Below the pieces are notes generated by a model. It saw only the letters and a program-made list of their open reading frames with translations, was not told the origin of the DNA and did not search any database. DNA of 64,000 nucleotides from an uncultured Phascolarctobacterium sp. (lineage in GTDB: Bacteria; Bacillota; Negativicutes; Acidaminococcales; Acidaminococcaceae). The translations under genes were made by a program, and so were the position numbers. The stretch lies in the NCBI GenBank assembly GCA_905200645.1, contig CAJKLD010000002.1, positions 24,917 to 88,916 on the forward strand. The letters are read 5' to 3'. The stretch's first letter is position 1. The number at the start of each line of letters is the position of its first letter. Positions 1 through 14,061 of this stretch are shown here, in pieces.

Positions 1-1174
1 TGTCGCGGGTGTGAACGTTACTAATCGCCTCTCCGCCTCTAAAATCAAGGCAGCCTACGTTCATCCACGCCAAACCCACAGCCAAGGTTTGCTTTTTATC
101 GTGGTACTGTGCGCCGATACCATAGGTAGTGCGGGTGCCGGTAGGAATCATAAAGTCGCCTCCGTCATAGGGGATGGAGGATTTATCGTGGGCATAACCC
201 AGCATACCGGAATACTTGTCGCTGAATTTATGCTCTAAGCCAACAGCAAAGCGCTGACCGTTGGACCAATTTTTAGGATTTTTATGCAAACCATTAAGAG
301 GATCAACATTGCTAAAAATCATATCTAAATTTTCATAACGGTCCCAACGAGTCCAAGTATATCTAGCCTCAATACGAGTTTTATCGTTAAATTTATGGCT
401 GTAGCCCACGTCAATGCTTTCAGGCAGCGTTACTACGCCGTAAGCGTCGCCATATAATCCTGGCATACGAGGAATATGTGCATCAATATCTGCTTCCATA
501 GAATGGGTAATTTTGCTGCGGTAAACTACGCCCATTTCGTTCTTTTCGTCAAAGGTGTAATTAGCGGCAGCATTCCAGCCCAAGGCATAGCTTTCACCCT
601 CAATATGTAACGGAGATTTACCAAAATAAGGTACAAGCTGATTTTTATCCAACTGCAAACCAACATAGTTTACCTCTGCGCCTAAAGCAGCAGTCCATTT
701 TTTATCAAATTTGTGCGCGTAGTTTACGCCCAAAGAAATACCGTTAAGCTTGGAGCTGAATGCGTTAGTACCGGCAACAGAATCACGCTCAAACTGGGAA
801 ACCATGCCGAAACGGCTGTAGGTACCCATGCCCAGCCATTCCTTATCGTTGATTTGACGTACATAGTACATACCGGGAGCCCATGCAGGATGCACGCGGT
901 TGTGACCGGATTCGGGACCATAATCAGAATCCAAATCGTATTTTCCGTGGGGGCTTAAATAGGTAGCGCTGATTTTGGCAGCTTCGCCTTTTACCTTGGT
1001 AATAGAAGCGGGGTTGTAAGCCATGTTGGCAGCGTCATCCTCGGCAAACATACGCGCGCCGCCCATTGCCAAGCCTTCGGCGGACCATTCATAAATAGCA
1101 AAGCCCTCTGCGCCCACCATTTGCGGAGCCATAAGCACAGCGGCAGCAGTAAAAGCCAATAATTTTTTCTTCAT
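1..1174 (-). CDS. FadL/OmpP1-family outer-membrane transporter for hydrophobic compounds (3' end lies beyond window start)
   Basis: Reverse-strand translation from ATG at 1172-1174 gives MKKKLLAFTAAAVLMAPQMVGAEGFAIYEWSAEGLAMGG... A signal peptide is followed by an FadL-like N-terminus (compare E. coli FadL [22 protein letters not shown]). The frame stays open to position 1. Confidence 0.7.
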   Translation of the reverse strand, partial: MKKKLLAFTAAAVLMAPQMVGAEGFAIYEWSAEGLAMGGARMFAEDDAANMAYNPASITKVKGEAAKISATYLSPHGKYDLDSDYGPESGHNRVHPAWAPGMYYVRQINDKEWLGMGTYSRFGMVSQFERDSVAGTNAFSSKLNGISLGVNYAHKFDKKWTAALGAEVNYVGLQLDKNQLVPYFGKSPLHIEGESYALGWNAAANYTFDEKNEMGVVYRSKITHSMEADIDAHIPRMPGLYGDAYGVVTLPESIDVGYSHKFNDKTRIEARYTWTRWDRYENLDMIFSNVDPLNGLHKNPKNWSNGQRFAVGLEHKFSDKYSGMLGYAHDKSSIPYDGGDFMIPTGTRTTYGIGAQYHDKKQTLAVGLAWMNVGCLDFRGGEAISNVHTRD

Positions 1175-1379
1175 TATATTTTATACATCCTTTCCCAAAA
1201 AACTTACAAAGTTCATCTGCTATACATTGTACCAGTTTTCCGCAAAAGGCGTACAAAATTCTTTAATCACTTGTTTTAATCAAACAATTAAAAACATGCT
1301 TTTTACTTTATTTTTTGTCAACAACTCACACATATAAAACAAGGAGCCTGCACAAAGCAGACTCCTTGGCACAGCTATC

Positions 1380-2204
1380 TTATTCTTTCAACTGATCCAG
1401 TAAATCATTCACTTCGTCGGTGCCGCAGTTACCTTTGGCTGCCGCTCTTTTGCGATAATTTTCTTCCTGCAGACGACGCACTTCTTCCAAAGTAGGCACA
1501 TTGTCACGCTCCCAGGGCTGATACTGAATGGTTGTGCAGTGCAGATATTTTTCATAACGCTCCTGCGGATTTTCCTCGGCAGCAGCTTCTGCCAAATCGC
1601 GCTTAGTTGCTTCATTGCAAGGGAAATATTGGTAGGCTTCTTCAATTAAAATACAAGCCTTCAAATAATCTTCCTTTTCCGCTAAGGCTTCCGCCATAAA
1701 AATCAACGCCCGGAAACAGTAAGGATTGATTTTTTCGCCGTTCCTCTCGCTTTCCAGCATAGCGGACGCTTCCTGCAATGCCTTATCTGTCAAGCCGCAG
1801 CTACGCATAATTTCCAACCGGCGCACCCAAATTCTGCCCCTGTCGGCAGCGCGGAACACCTTATCGTAAGCGCGGCACAGCTTGTAGGCTTCTGCCAAAT
1901 AAAAGGCCGGAGCATCACCGGTACCGGTCAAGCCCCAAACAATTTCTGCCAAATCACGCAGGCACAGCACCTTATGCTCTGCCTCGCTAAAGCCATATTC
2001 CGGCGCATCCTCTAAATTAGGCTGCACATCGCGCACCGTAGCCAGCACCGTCATTGCGCCTTCAATATCCTTCATCAAGAACAGTGATCGTCCCACAATA
2101 CTGCGGCACTTCCAATCTTCATAATTATTGATTAAATTCATGGGAATAGGAATATCCCAGGTTGCGACCTTATGTACATAGCCGCTCCATTCTAATTTAT
2201 CCAT
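1380..2204 (-). CDS. hypothetical protein (274 aa)
   Basis: Complete ORF with an imperfect hairpin downstream at about 1350-1378. No family recognised. Confidence 0.4.
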   Translation of the reverse strand: MDKLEWSGYVHKVATWDIPIPMNLINNYEDWKCRSIVGRSLFLMKDIEGAMTVLATVRDVQPNLEDAPEYGFSEAEHKVLCLRDLAEIVWGLTGTGDAPAFYLAEAYKLCRAYDKVFRAADRGRIWVRRLEIMRSCGLTDKALQEASAMLESERNGEKINPYCFRALIFMAEALAEKEDYLKACILIEEAYQYFPCNEATKRDLAEAAAEENPQERYEKYLHCTTIQYQPWERDNVPTLEEVRRLQEENYRKRAAAKGNCGTDEVNDLLDQLKE

Positions 2205-2220
2205 GTTCTCGCCTCCCTAC

Positions 2221-2907
2221 TTATTCAAAGCTTGTCAAAAAGAATTCCATGCACTCGGTTACGCCGCGCTTGACCGCCTTGGCTCTGCTGGGCTGACCGA
2301 TTTTCCAAAAGTTGATGGAACTGGAAGAACCAATACCCTCAACATTTTGGTTGAACAGAAACTTTTCTTCATTTACATCTACGCATTTCAGCTTCATCAT
2401 TACGGTAGCGCTGTAAGTCTGCGTACCGGCAATCACCATAAAGCCGGTTTCCTTTTCTCTAGCAGGCAGCACGCTGACAAAAATAACTCTATCAGCGCCG
2501 CAGGCTTCGCCTATGCGCACCAGTTCGGACAAAGTCGGCATCTCCGCATTTTCCATAGGATTATCAAGAATTGCCTTCTGCACAGCGTTATTACTGATAA
2601 TTTTAGTCACGCTGGTTTTTTTCGCCGGATATTTTTTCTTCAAGCTATCTTTAATTGCACCAACTGCCATTTCGCGGCTGCGTCCCTCTAAGCCGGAAAC
2701 GTCAACAAAGGGCAGCACCGCCACCGCATAAGGCTGCGTACATTCCGTAAGCTTAACTTCACCTTTGACAAAATGGGTTTCGCCCGTATCCGCAACCCCT
2801 TGATCAATAGCGTCAATAGAGCTAATTTCTTCTTTTGCGTCAGCCTGCACACTCAGGGGAGCTACGCATAACAGTATACAAAACAAACATAAAAGTAGTT
2901 TTCTCAT
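2221..2907 (-). CDS. hypothetical secreted/periplasmic protein (228 aa, signal peptide)
   Basis: The N-terminus has a signal peptide (MRKLLLCLFCILLCVAPLSVQA). The segment AVAVLPFVDVSG resembles CsgG/LpoB-like periplasmic proteins, but assignment is uncertain. Confidence 0.4.
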   Translation of the reverse strand: MRKLLLCLFCILLCVAPLSVQADAKEEISSIDAIDQGVADTGETHFVKGEVKLTECTQPYAVAVLPFVDVSGLEGRSREMAVGAIKDSLKKKYPAKKTSVTKIISNNAVQKAILDNPMENAEMPTLSELVRIGEACGADRVIFVSVLPAREKETGFMVIAGTQTYSATVMMKLKCVDVNEEKFLFNQNVEGIGSSSSINFWKIGQPSRAKAVKRGVTECMEFFLTSFE

Positions 2908-2934
2908 ATTTTCACCCCTTACAATTTTTCCGGT

Positions 2935-7241
<4,307 letters not shown>

Positions 7242-7473
7242 GTTCGAAAAACCTCCAGCTGTCTTGCCGCCACAACGGTAGCTTTAATTTGCAAATTATT
7301 TATATAACATTCATATTATACCATAAATCTCCCCAGCTTAGCGAGATGCAGGCAAGCAGTTTGCATATTCATCACAATCTGAAAAACATCTGCTGCCACG
7401 CATATTGAGTACAGGCACAGAATATGCTAGAATAAATTTAAATTTTAAGCGCAGACAAGGAGTAAAAAAGAAA

Positions 7474-8289
7474 ATGTCTAAAAATATTCCCTTCGTCCCG
7501 GCAGAAGCCTTAAGCAAGCTGTGGCGGGCGATTATTGAATTTGATATGCTGTCTGCCGGCGACCGCATTTTGATAGGACTAAGCGGCGGCAAGGACAGTA
7601 TGCTTTTGACTGCCATGCTGGCGGAAATAAAAAAATTTTCGCCCATTCCCTTTGATTTGGCCTGCTACACGGTTAATCCTATGTTTGCCGATAATTTTCC
7701 AAAAAAAGAGTTGACCGGATTCTGCGCACGCTACGGCTTAGAGCATTACAGCGACGATATAGATGTTATGGCAGCTTTCGCCCAAAAAGGCGGCAGCCCC
7801 TGTTTTACCTGCGCCTATTTCCGCCGCGCTGCCACAAACCGCAAGGCGAAAGAGTTAGGCTTTAATAAGGTTGCGCTGGCGCACCATAACGATGACGCCG
7901 TAGAAACATTTTTTATGAATCTTATGACCAGCGGCCAGCTGCGCACCTTTTTGCCTGTAACGCCCTTGTCGCGCAGCGGCATTACGGTGCTGCGTCCCCT
8001 GCTGTATTATCGTGAGCAGGAAATTAAAGAGCTAGTTGACAAATTACAGCTGTCGCCGTTAAAGAACCCCTGCCCCTACGACGGTCACACCATGCGGCAG
8101 GAAATTAAAGAACATATCTGCAAGCTGGATAAGCGTTATCCTGAGGCTTACGAGCATTTAGCAGCAGCCATGCGCTGCTCGGATAAGCAAGAACTGTGGC
8201 CCGCCAAGCCTGCCGACAAAGAGATGGTCGCCAAATTCCGCAGCTTTTGGCAACGCACGACCAAAAATACAAGCGAGGTAAAAAAATGA
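7474..8289 (+). CDS. ttcA: tRNA 2-thiocytidine synthase TtcA-family PP-loop ATPase
   Basis: PP-loop SGGKDS and downstream Cys pairs. The region CFTCAYFRRAATNRKAKELGFNKVALAHHNDDAVETFFMNL matches the TtcA pattern. RBS AAGGAG sits 10 nt before ATG 7474. The ORF-track start at 7405 is an upstream in-frame extension. Confidence 0.7.
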   Translation: MSKNIPFVPAEALSKLWRAIIEFDMLSAGDRILIGLSGGKDSMLLTAMLAEIKKFSPIPFDLACYTVNPMFADNFPKKELTGFCARYGLEHYSDDIDVMAAFAQKGGSPCFTCAYFRRAATNRKAKELGFNKVALAHHNDDAVETFFMNLMTSGQLRTFLPVTPLSRSGITVLRPLLYYREQEIKELVDKLQLSPLKNPCPYDGHTMRQEIKEHICKLDKRYPEAYEHLAAAMRCSDKQELWPAKPADKEMVAKFRSFWQRTTKNTSEVKK

Positions 8290-9155
8290 AATCCCGTTCC
8301 TATTTATATATTATTACTGCAGCCGCACTTTGGGGTCTTATCGGCATCTTTGTCAAAACCATCGCTGCCCAGGGTTTTACTTCCATGCAGATTGTCGCCC
8401 TGCGTTCCCTGGCCTCCGCCGCCTGTATCACTCTGGTAGTGCTGTATAAGGGCACGGACAACCTGCATATAAACTTTAAAGATTGCTGGATGTTTATCGG
8501 CACCGGCATTTTCAGTTTAGTTTTTTTCAATTTCTGCTACTTTAACTGTATTCAGCGCAGCAGCTTAGCCGTAGCCGCGCTTTTGCTGTACACCGCGCCA
8601 ATTTTCGTTATGCTTATGTCATTGTTATTTTTTGGAGAAAAATTTACCGGCAAAAAGGCTATCGCGCTCGCAGCTACCTTTAGCGGCTGCGCCTGCGTCA
8701 CGGGAGCCTTGTCCAGCAGCGTCAGCCTGACGGGCGACGGACTGGCCTACGGTTTAGCCAGCGGCTTTGGCTATGCCTTATACAGCATTTTCGGCAAATT
8801 TGCCGTGCAAAAATATTCCTCGCTGACGATTACTGCTTACACCTTTTATTTTGCGCTGCTGGCCGCTGTGCCTTTGGCAGCCTTTGACAGCGCAGCCATA
8901 GCCAAAATTAATTATGTCACCATGCTTGCCAGCCTGGGATTGGGCTTGGTCTGCGCCGTAATTCCCTATCTGCTTTATACGAAAGGTTTGGAAAAGGTAG
9001 AGCCGGGGCAGGCATCTATTTTAGCTACCATTGAACCCTTTGTGGCAGCGGCTATGGGCATGCTGCTGTTTGCCGAGCCCATGACCGTAAGCAAAGTCAT
9101 GGGTATGCTGTTGATTTTCTGCTCTATTATTATTTTGAACGTGAAAGGAAAATAG
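8286..9155 (+). CDS. EamA/DMT-family transporter
   Basis: About 10 predicted TM helices in two repeats, typical of EamA. ATG 8286 overlaps the ttcA stop (ATGA). The ORF-track start at 8196 overlaps ttcA and is unlikely. Confidence 0.75.
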   Translation: MKSRSYLYIITAAALWGLIGIFVKTIAAQGFTSMQIVALRSLASAACITLVVLYKGTDNLHINFKDCWMFIGTGIFSLVFFNFCYFNCIQRSSLAVAALLLYTAPIFVMLMSLLFFGEKFTGKKAIALAATFSGCACVTGALSSSVSLTGDGLAYGLASGFGYALYSIFGKFAVQKYSSLTITAYTFYFALLAAVPLAAFDSAAIAKINYVTMLASLGLGLVCAVIPYLLYTKGLEKVEPGQASILATIEPFVAAAMGMLLFAEPMTVSKVMGMLLIFCSIIILNVKGK

Positions 9156-9156
9156 A

Positions 9157-9768
9157 ATGTATAACGAGGCCGATAATTTTATCGTCAAAAATTTTACCCA
9201 ACAGGATATCGCCGAGGCCGCACAGCTGACGCTGCTCACCTGGGGAGAAGAAATAGCCTTACACGACGATATGCTAAAGAATGTGCTATACGAAGCGATG
9301 GTGCGCTATTATTTTCGCAGCAGCGAATTTTCTTTTAAGCTTGCGGATGCGCAAAGCGGCATAACACAGGGCTTTTTACTGGCTGCACCGCTAAGTGAGC
9401 GCGACTGCTCGCAAAAATGGCTACGGCAGACGCTGGCAGATTTTGCGCCGGAAGAACAGGATTTAGTTTATAACTATTTGCGTTATCTAAGCTATAACGG
9501 GCAGCAGGTGCGCCGTTACGCCAAGCCGCAGGATTTGCTGCTGTGCCTGTTTTTAAGCCGCAAGCCCGGCGTAGGCGCCAAGCTGCTGCAAAATATCGAG
9601 ACGGTGGCAAAGGAGCATCAAATAAGCAGCCTGTATTTGTGGGCGGATGCCACCTGCGATTACAGCTACTACCGCCGCCGCGGATATGAGGAAGCCTGCC
9701 GCTTTACAAATACGATCCTGCCGGAATTAGGAGCGCAGGAGACGTGGATTTACAGGAAGAAGATGTGA
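9157..9768 (+). CDS. GNAT-family N-acetyltransferase (putative)
   Basis: 203 aa. The C-terminal segment RKPGVGAKLLQNIETVAKEHQISSLYLWAD resembles an acetyl-CoA-binding GNAT fold. The gene is tightly coupled to the upstream transporter. Confidence 0.5.
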   Translation: MYNEADNFIVKNFTQQDIAEAAQLTLLTWGEEIALHDDMLKNVLYEAMVRYYFRSSEFSFKLADAQSGITQGFLLAAPLSERDCSQKWLRQTLADFAPEEQDLVYNYLRYLSYNGQQVRRYAKPQDLLLCLFLSRKPGVGAKLLQNIETVAKEHQISSLYLWADATCDYSYYRRRGYEEACRFTNTILPELGAQETWIYRKKM

Positions 9769-10280
9769 AGTAAAGCAAGGATAGGCGTGACTGCGTTACG
9801 CCAGCGTCTATTTAATTCAACTTCTTTTGTTGCCAAAAGAAGTTGCAAGAAAAGCACGCGATTTTGAAAATCGCGGCAAACTATCGCTTTTCCGTGCCGG
9901 AAAAGCTTAGCAAAAGGGCTTTTAATACTCCATTTGTTAGACATTCTTGATTTTGGATACTGCTTTTGTGTTCGTAGTTCCAGGTTGTTTCGGCTCGCAA
10001 TGCAAGGCTTTGGCGGTCTGCCGCAAAGTGGGTTGTGCGCCAGCGTGCTGTTTGTACTTGCCTGCACCTAAAATATTCACCGTTGCATGCTGAATTTTGG
10101 TTAGAGTTGCGAGTAGTTTTTAGCAGCTAGCACCAAAAACACTCACCATTGCGTAGATTTTAGTAGCAAAAGTAAGCAAGAAGCTTAGTTATCGTTCGTT
10201 CATCGCGCTAACGTAGTCATTGTTGCTATGGTTGTTTGTTTTGCGAATTGACGTTATCATGCCGAAGCTCGTGGGACTTA

Positions 10281-10453
10281 CTGCCTGCAAGTAAGGGTTC
10301 TTTTGGATACTTTTACCCTAAAGGGCACGCGTCTTGACCACAAGAAAAGTATCATAACAAACGCTGCGCGTGCGCTTGCACGCCTGCAATTAAAGGCTCT
10401 TTTTGCATACTTTTTACCCTAAAGGGCACGCGTCTTGACCTAAGAAAAAGTAT
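10281..10453. repeat. two copies of a roughly 72-bp direct repeat (about 85% identical, 100-bp period)
   Basis: Copy 1 at 10281-10352 reads ctgcctgcaagtaagggttcttttggatacttttaccctaaagggcacgcgtcttgaccacaagaaaagtat. Copy 2 at 10381-10453 reads cgcctgcaattaaaggctctttttgcatactttttaccctaaagggcacgcgtcttgacctaagaaaaagtat. Confidence 0.8.
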
Positions 10454-10497
10454 GAGTAGTCCTTCACAGAGCAAAACGTGCTAGGAATAACGGTCGC

Positions 10498-10540
10498 ACA
10501 AAAAATTGGCAGTCCGCACAGCGAACCGCCAATTTTTTTA
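10498..10540. terminator. putative bidirectional intrinsic terminator
   Basis: Imperfect hairpin TTGGCAG...CCGCCAA flanked by an A-run upstream and a T-run downstream. It lies immediately 3' of the minus-strand dCMP deaminase gene. Confidence 0.45.
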
Positions 10541-10549
10541 ATTTAATAT

Positions 10550-11008
10550 TTACTTTTGGTGAAAAACCTCAATCTTAATCCCGGAAGCCTGCATCATATC
10601 TTCCGCCAGCTTATCAGGATAAGGATTAGCGTAGACAATACGCTCAATCCCGGCATTAAGCAGAATTTTGGTACACACTACGCAGGGCTGATGAGTACAG
10701 TACAAGGTGCCGCCGGAAACGGAAACGCCGTGATACGCAGCCTGCACCACTGCATTTTGCTCCGCATGAATACCGCGGCACAGCTCGTGGTTTTTACCGG
10801 AGGGAACATGCAGCTGCTCCCGCAGGCAGCCCACCTCGCTGCAGTGCGGTAAATTTTTGGGCGTACCATTGTAGCCGGTAGCAACAATCTGCCTGTTTTT
10901 GACAATCACTGCACCTACGCTGCGCCGCAAACAAGTGGAACGCTTAGACACTACCTGCGCAATTTCCATAAAATAACTATCCCAATCGGGACGTTCAAGC
11001 TCTGCCAT
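10550..11008 (-). CDS. deoxycytidylate (dCMP) deaminase, ComEB-like
   Basis: Zn-binding signatures HAEQNA and PCVVCTK (cytidine/dCMP deaminase family). Start set at the internal Met ([10 protein letters not shown]) so that it does not overlap upp. The ORF-track start is 11104. Confidence 0.8.
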   Translation of the reverse strand: MAELERPDWDSYFMEIAQVVSKRSTCLRRSVGAVIVKNRQIVATGYNGTPKNLPHCSEVGCLREQLHVPSGKNHELCRGIHAEQNAVVQAAYHGVSVSGGTLYCTHQPCVVCTKILLNAGIERIVYANPYPDKLAEDMMQASGIKIEVFHQK

Positions 11009-11012
11009 AATT

Positions 11013-11633
11013 TTAAACCGTGCCAAAAATACGGTCGCCTGCATCGCCAAGGCCGGGAACGATGTAGCCTTTTTCGTTAAGGTGATCGTCCAAAGCGGCA
11101 GCAATGATTTTTACGTCGGGATGCGCTTCGTTCAAACGCTTTACTCCTTCAGGAGCAGCAACTAAACACATAAAAAGAATATTTTTCAAGCCGCGTTTTT
11201 TCAGCTGATTGATAGCCGCCACAGCGCTGCCACCGGTTGCCAGCATAGGGTCGACTACAATATTATAAGCGTTCAAATCCCTAGGAATCTTGCAATAATA
11301 TTCTACGGGCTCCAGCGTTTTTTCGTCACGCGCCATACCGATGGGTCCGACATTTGCTTCCGGCAGTACGCTCAGCACTCCCTCCAAAAAACCCAAACCG
11401 GCACGCAAAATAGGAATAACGTTAACAGTGCCTTTTATACTGTGTCCAACTGTTTCTGCCAAAGGAGTAGTAACACTATGAGTTTCCAACGGAATATTTT
11501 TAGCGGCTTCAAAGGTCAGCAGCATAGCCACTTCGCCAATAACCCGGCGAAAGGTAGGACAATCAGTATTGATATCACGCAAAACGCTCATTTTTACCTG
11601 CAAAAGCGGATGATGGACAACTGTAATCTGCAT
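11013..11633 (-). CDS. upp: uracil phosphoribosyltransferase
   Basis: 206 aa. Conserved UPRTase segments ([31 protein letters not shown]). Confidence 0.95.
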   Translation of the reverse strand: MQITVVHHPLLQVKMSVLRDINTDCPTFRRVIGEVAMLLTFEAAKNIPLETHSVTTPLAETVGHSIKGTVNVIPILRAGLGFLEGVLSVLPEANVGPIGMARDEKTLEPVEYYCKIPRDLNAYNIVVDPMLATGGSAVAAINQLKKRGLKNILFMCLVAAPEGVKRLNEAHPDVKIIAAALDDHLNEKGYIVPGLGDAGDRIFGTV

Positions 11634-11661
11634 GGCAATCTTCCTTTCGTTTTTACATCAA

Positions 11662-12915
11662 TTATTTAATATTAGGATACAAAGGATATTTAGCACACAA
11701 AGCCGCCACGCGCTGAGCAGCTTCGGCCTGCTTGCTTTCATCCTCCGGCGCATTGAGCACCAAAGCCATGATTGCGGCCACCTCCTTAAAATCCGCCTCT
11801 TTAAAGCCGCGAGTAGTAGCGGCAGGAGTGCCCAGGCGAATACCGCTGGTCACAAAGGGGCTGGCAGGGTCGAAAGGGATGGTATTTTTATTGCAGGTAA
11901 TGCCAACATTATCCAGCAGATGCTCGGCAATTTTGCCTGTCAAATTTTTATTGCGCACGTCCACCAAAACCAAATGATTATCGGTGCCGCCGGAAACGAG
12001 GCGGAAACCTTCAGCCTTTAAAGCTGCGGCAAAGGCTTTGGCATTTTTCACAACGTTTTCCTGGTACTCCTTAAACTCCGGCTTCAAGGCTTCGCCAAAA
12101 GCAACGGCTTTAGCGGCGATAATGTGCATCAAAGGGCCGCCCTGCAGTCCGGGGAATACGGCCTTATTGATTTTTTTAGCATATTCCTCGTTGTTGGTCA
12201 GAATAATGCCGCCGCGAGGGCCACGCAAAGTTTTATGAGTAGTGGTGGTAACAAAATCAGCATAAGGCACCGGGGACGGATGCAGTCCGGCAGCGACCAA
12301 GCCAGCAATATGCGCCATATCTACCAGCAGCAGCGCGCCGTTAGCATGAGCAATATCGGCAATGCGCTCAAAATCAATAATACGCGGATAAGCGCTGGCA
12401 CCGGCAACAATCAGCTTAGGATGATGTTCTTTTACCATTTTTTCCAGGCCTTCGTAATCCAGCATTTCGCTTTCCGGGTCAACGCCGTAATGCACTACGT
12501 TATAATAGGTGCCGGAAATATTTACCGGAGAACCGTGGGACAAATGACCGCCTTGAGATAAATCCATGCCCATCATGGTGTCGCCTGGTTTTAAAAAAGC
12601 GAAATAAACAGTCATGTTAGTGCTGGCACCGCAGTGAGGCTGAACGTTAGCAAATTTGGCGCCAAATAATTTTTTGGCACGCTCAATAGCCAAAGTTTCA
12701 ACCTTGTCCACATATTCGCAGCCGCCGTAGTAGCGGTGTCCGGGATAGCCCTCGGCATATTTGTTGGTTAAAACAGTACCCGCAGCCTCCATTACGGCCG
12801 GAGTAACAAAATTTTCCGAAGCAATCAGCTCTATCTTATTACGCTGACGGTTCAGCTCCTCTTGAATAATCCCGTTAAGTTCGGAATCAACTGCTGCTAA
12901 ATTTTCTAAATTCAC
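11662..12915 (-). CDS. glyA: serine hydroxymethyltransferase
   Basis: 417 aa. SHMT PLP-binding region [14 protein letters not shown] and a typical N-terminus. Confidence 0.97.
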   Translation of the reverse strand: MNLENLAAVDSELNGIIQEELNRQRNKIELIASENFVTPAVMEAAGTVLTNKYAEGYPGHRYYGGCEYVDKVETLAIERAKKLFGAKFANVQPHCGASTNMTVYFAFLKPGDTMMGMDLSQGGHLSHGSPVNISGTYYNVVHYGVDPESEMLDYEGLEKMVKEHHPKLIVAGASAYPRIIDFERIADIAHANGALLLVDMAHIAGLVAAGLHPSPVPYADFVTTTTHKTLRGPRGGIILTNNEEYAKKINKAVFPGLQGGPLMHIIAAKAVAFGEALKPEFKEYQENVVKNAKAFAAALKAEGFRLVSGGTDNHLVLVDVRNKNLTGKIAEHLLDNVGITCNKNTIPFDPASPFVTSGIRLGTPAATTRGFKEADFKEVAAIMALVLNAPEDESKQAEAAQRVAALCAKYPLYPNIK

Positions 12916-12943
12916 TGGAAGTACCTCCTAAAATAATGATATG

Positions 12944-13510
12944 TTATGGACGATTTTCCTCATAACAAGCTCGCGGTCCACCTACAAGCGGAGGACGGGT
13001 TTTAGCGGCAGTCAACACCGCTTCGCCAATTTTTTTATATTGCAGACGCACGGGCACTGCAACTCTTTTTAAGTGCATCCCGATAAGCGTCTGTCCGATA
13101 TCCAAGCCCAAATGAGCGGTAATGCCCGCAACCATTACAGGCTCGATAAAATTTTCATAAGCAGCCGACCCCATAGCGCCGCCTGCATGAGCAACAGGGC
13201 GCACGGTTACTTCTTCCAAATTATAGCGTTCGGCCGTTGTAGCTTCCACTACCAAGGAACGGTTCAAATGCTCGCAGCACTGCACAGCCAAATATAATCC
13301 GTGAGCGTCGCACACTGCTTTAAGCGCCTTAAACATAGCCACAGCTGCTTCGCTGCTGCCGCCGGTGCCTATTTTATTGCCCAGCACCTCGCTGGTGCTG
13401 CACCCTAAAACAAAAATCTGTCCCAGACGCGGTTTAGCTATGCTGATAAGCTCCTCTGCAGCGCCGGTAAGCTCCTGCACTGCTTTTTTGATTAATTTTT
13501 TATTTTCCAT
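12944..13510 (-). CDS. UPF0340/DUF436 family protein (YwlG-like)
   Basis: 188 aa conserved protein lying between glyA and rpiB, the same position as B. subtilis ywlG. Confidence 0.7.
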   Translation of the reverse strand: MENKKLIKKAVQELTGAAEELISIAKPRLGQIFVLGCSTSEVLGNKIGTGGSSEAAVAMFKALKAVCDAHGLYLAVQCCEHLNRSLVVEATTAERYNLEEVTVRPVAHAGGAMGSAAYENFIEPVMVAGITAHLGLDIGQTLIGMHLKRVAVPVRLQYKKIGEAVLTAAKTRPPLVGGPRACYEENRP

Positions 13511-13546
13511 AGCTGTCCTTCTAAACTGCTGCCGATAACGCAGCTT

Positions 13547-13996
13547 TTATTTTTCCAGCGCCATAATTTTATCTACACGGCGTTCATGCCTGCCCCCGGC
13601 AAATTCTGTCTCCAGCCAGGTGTCGGTAATCATTTCCGCAAGGCCTACGCCGGTAGTGCGCTCTCCCATGCAGAGTACGTTGGCATTGTTATGCTCGCGG
13701 CTCATTTTTGCAGAAAAAACGTCGGCGCACAAAGCGGCACGAATACCCTTACATTTGTTGGCAGCAATAGAAATACCAATACCGGTACCGCAGATTAAAA
13801 TACCGCGTTCAGCGCCGCTCTCGCCGCTGATAATATCCTTGCACAGCTTTTCCGCAAAATCCGGATAATCCACACTGTCTTCGTTATAGGTGCCGTGGTC
13901 GACAATTTCTACGCCTTTTTCCGTTAAATACTTTTTGATGTGCTCCTTTAAATGGAAGCCGCCGTGATCACAAGCCATTGCAATTTTCATAAACAA
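13547..13996 (-). CDS. rpiB: ribose-5-phosphate isomerase B
   Basis: RpiB/LacAB signature MACDHGGFHLK and catalytic Cys region ILICGTGIG. Start may be at the third codon (MKIAMA). Confidence 0.9.
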   Translation of the reverse strand: MFMKIAMACDHGGFHLKEHIKKYLTEKGVEIVDHGTYNEDSVDYPDFAEKLCKDIISGESGAERGILICGTGIGISIAANKCKGIRAALCADVFSAKMSREHNNANVLCMGERTTGVGLAEMITDTWLETEFAGGRHERRVDKIMALEK

Positions 13997-14061
13997 ATTC
14001 CTCCCGTCAGATTAGCACGGCAGCGCATTTTTTGCGCTCTCTGCTCATCCGCATTTTTAAT

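Larger units (their letters stand above)
9780..10550. other. long non-coding, hairpin-rich convergent intergenic region
   Basis: 770 bp with no credible ORF. Contains multiple perfect hairpins (e.g. CAACTTCTTTTG...CAAAAGAAGTTG at about 9816-9845, GCGATTTTGAAAATCGC) and a 72-bp imperfect direct repeat. Confidence 0.5.

Noticed and set aside
9750-10067. 105-aa minus-strand ORF in the long intergenic region
   Set aside because: No RBS, low-complexity basic sequence, and it overlaps the hairpin-rich repeats. Treated as non-coding.
9780-10550. Long intergenic region as tRNA, rRNA fragment, RNase P RNA or tmRNA
   Set aside because: No cloverleaf, no conserved tmRNA tag-reading frame, and no RNase P P4 motifs recognised by eye. 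Left as an unclassified structured non-coding region.
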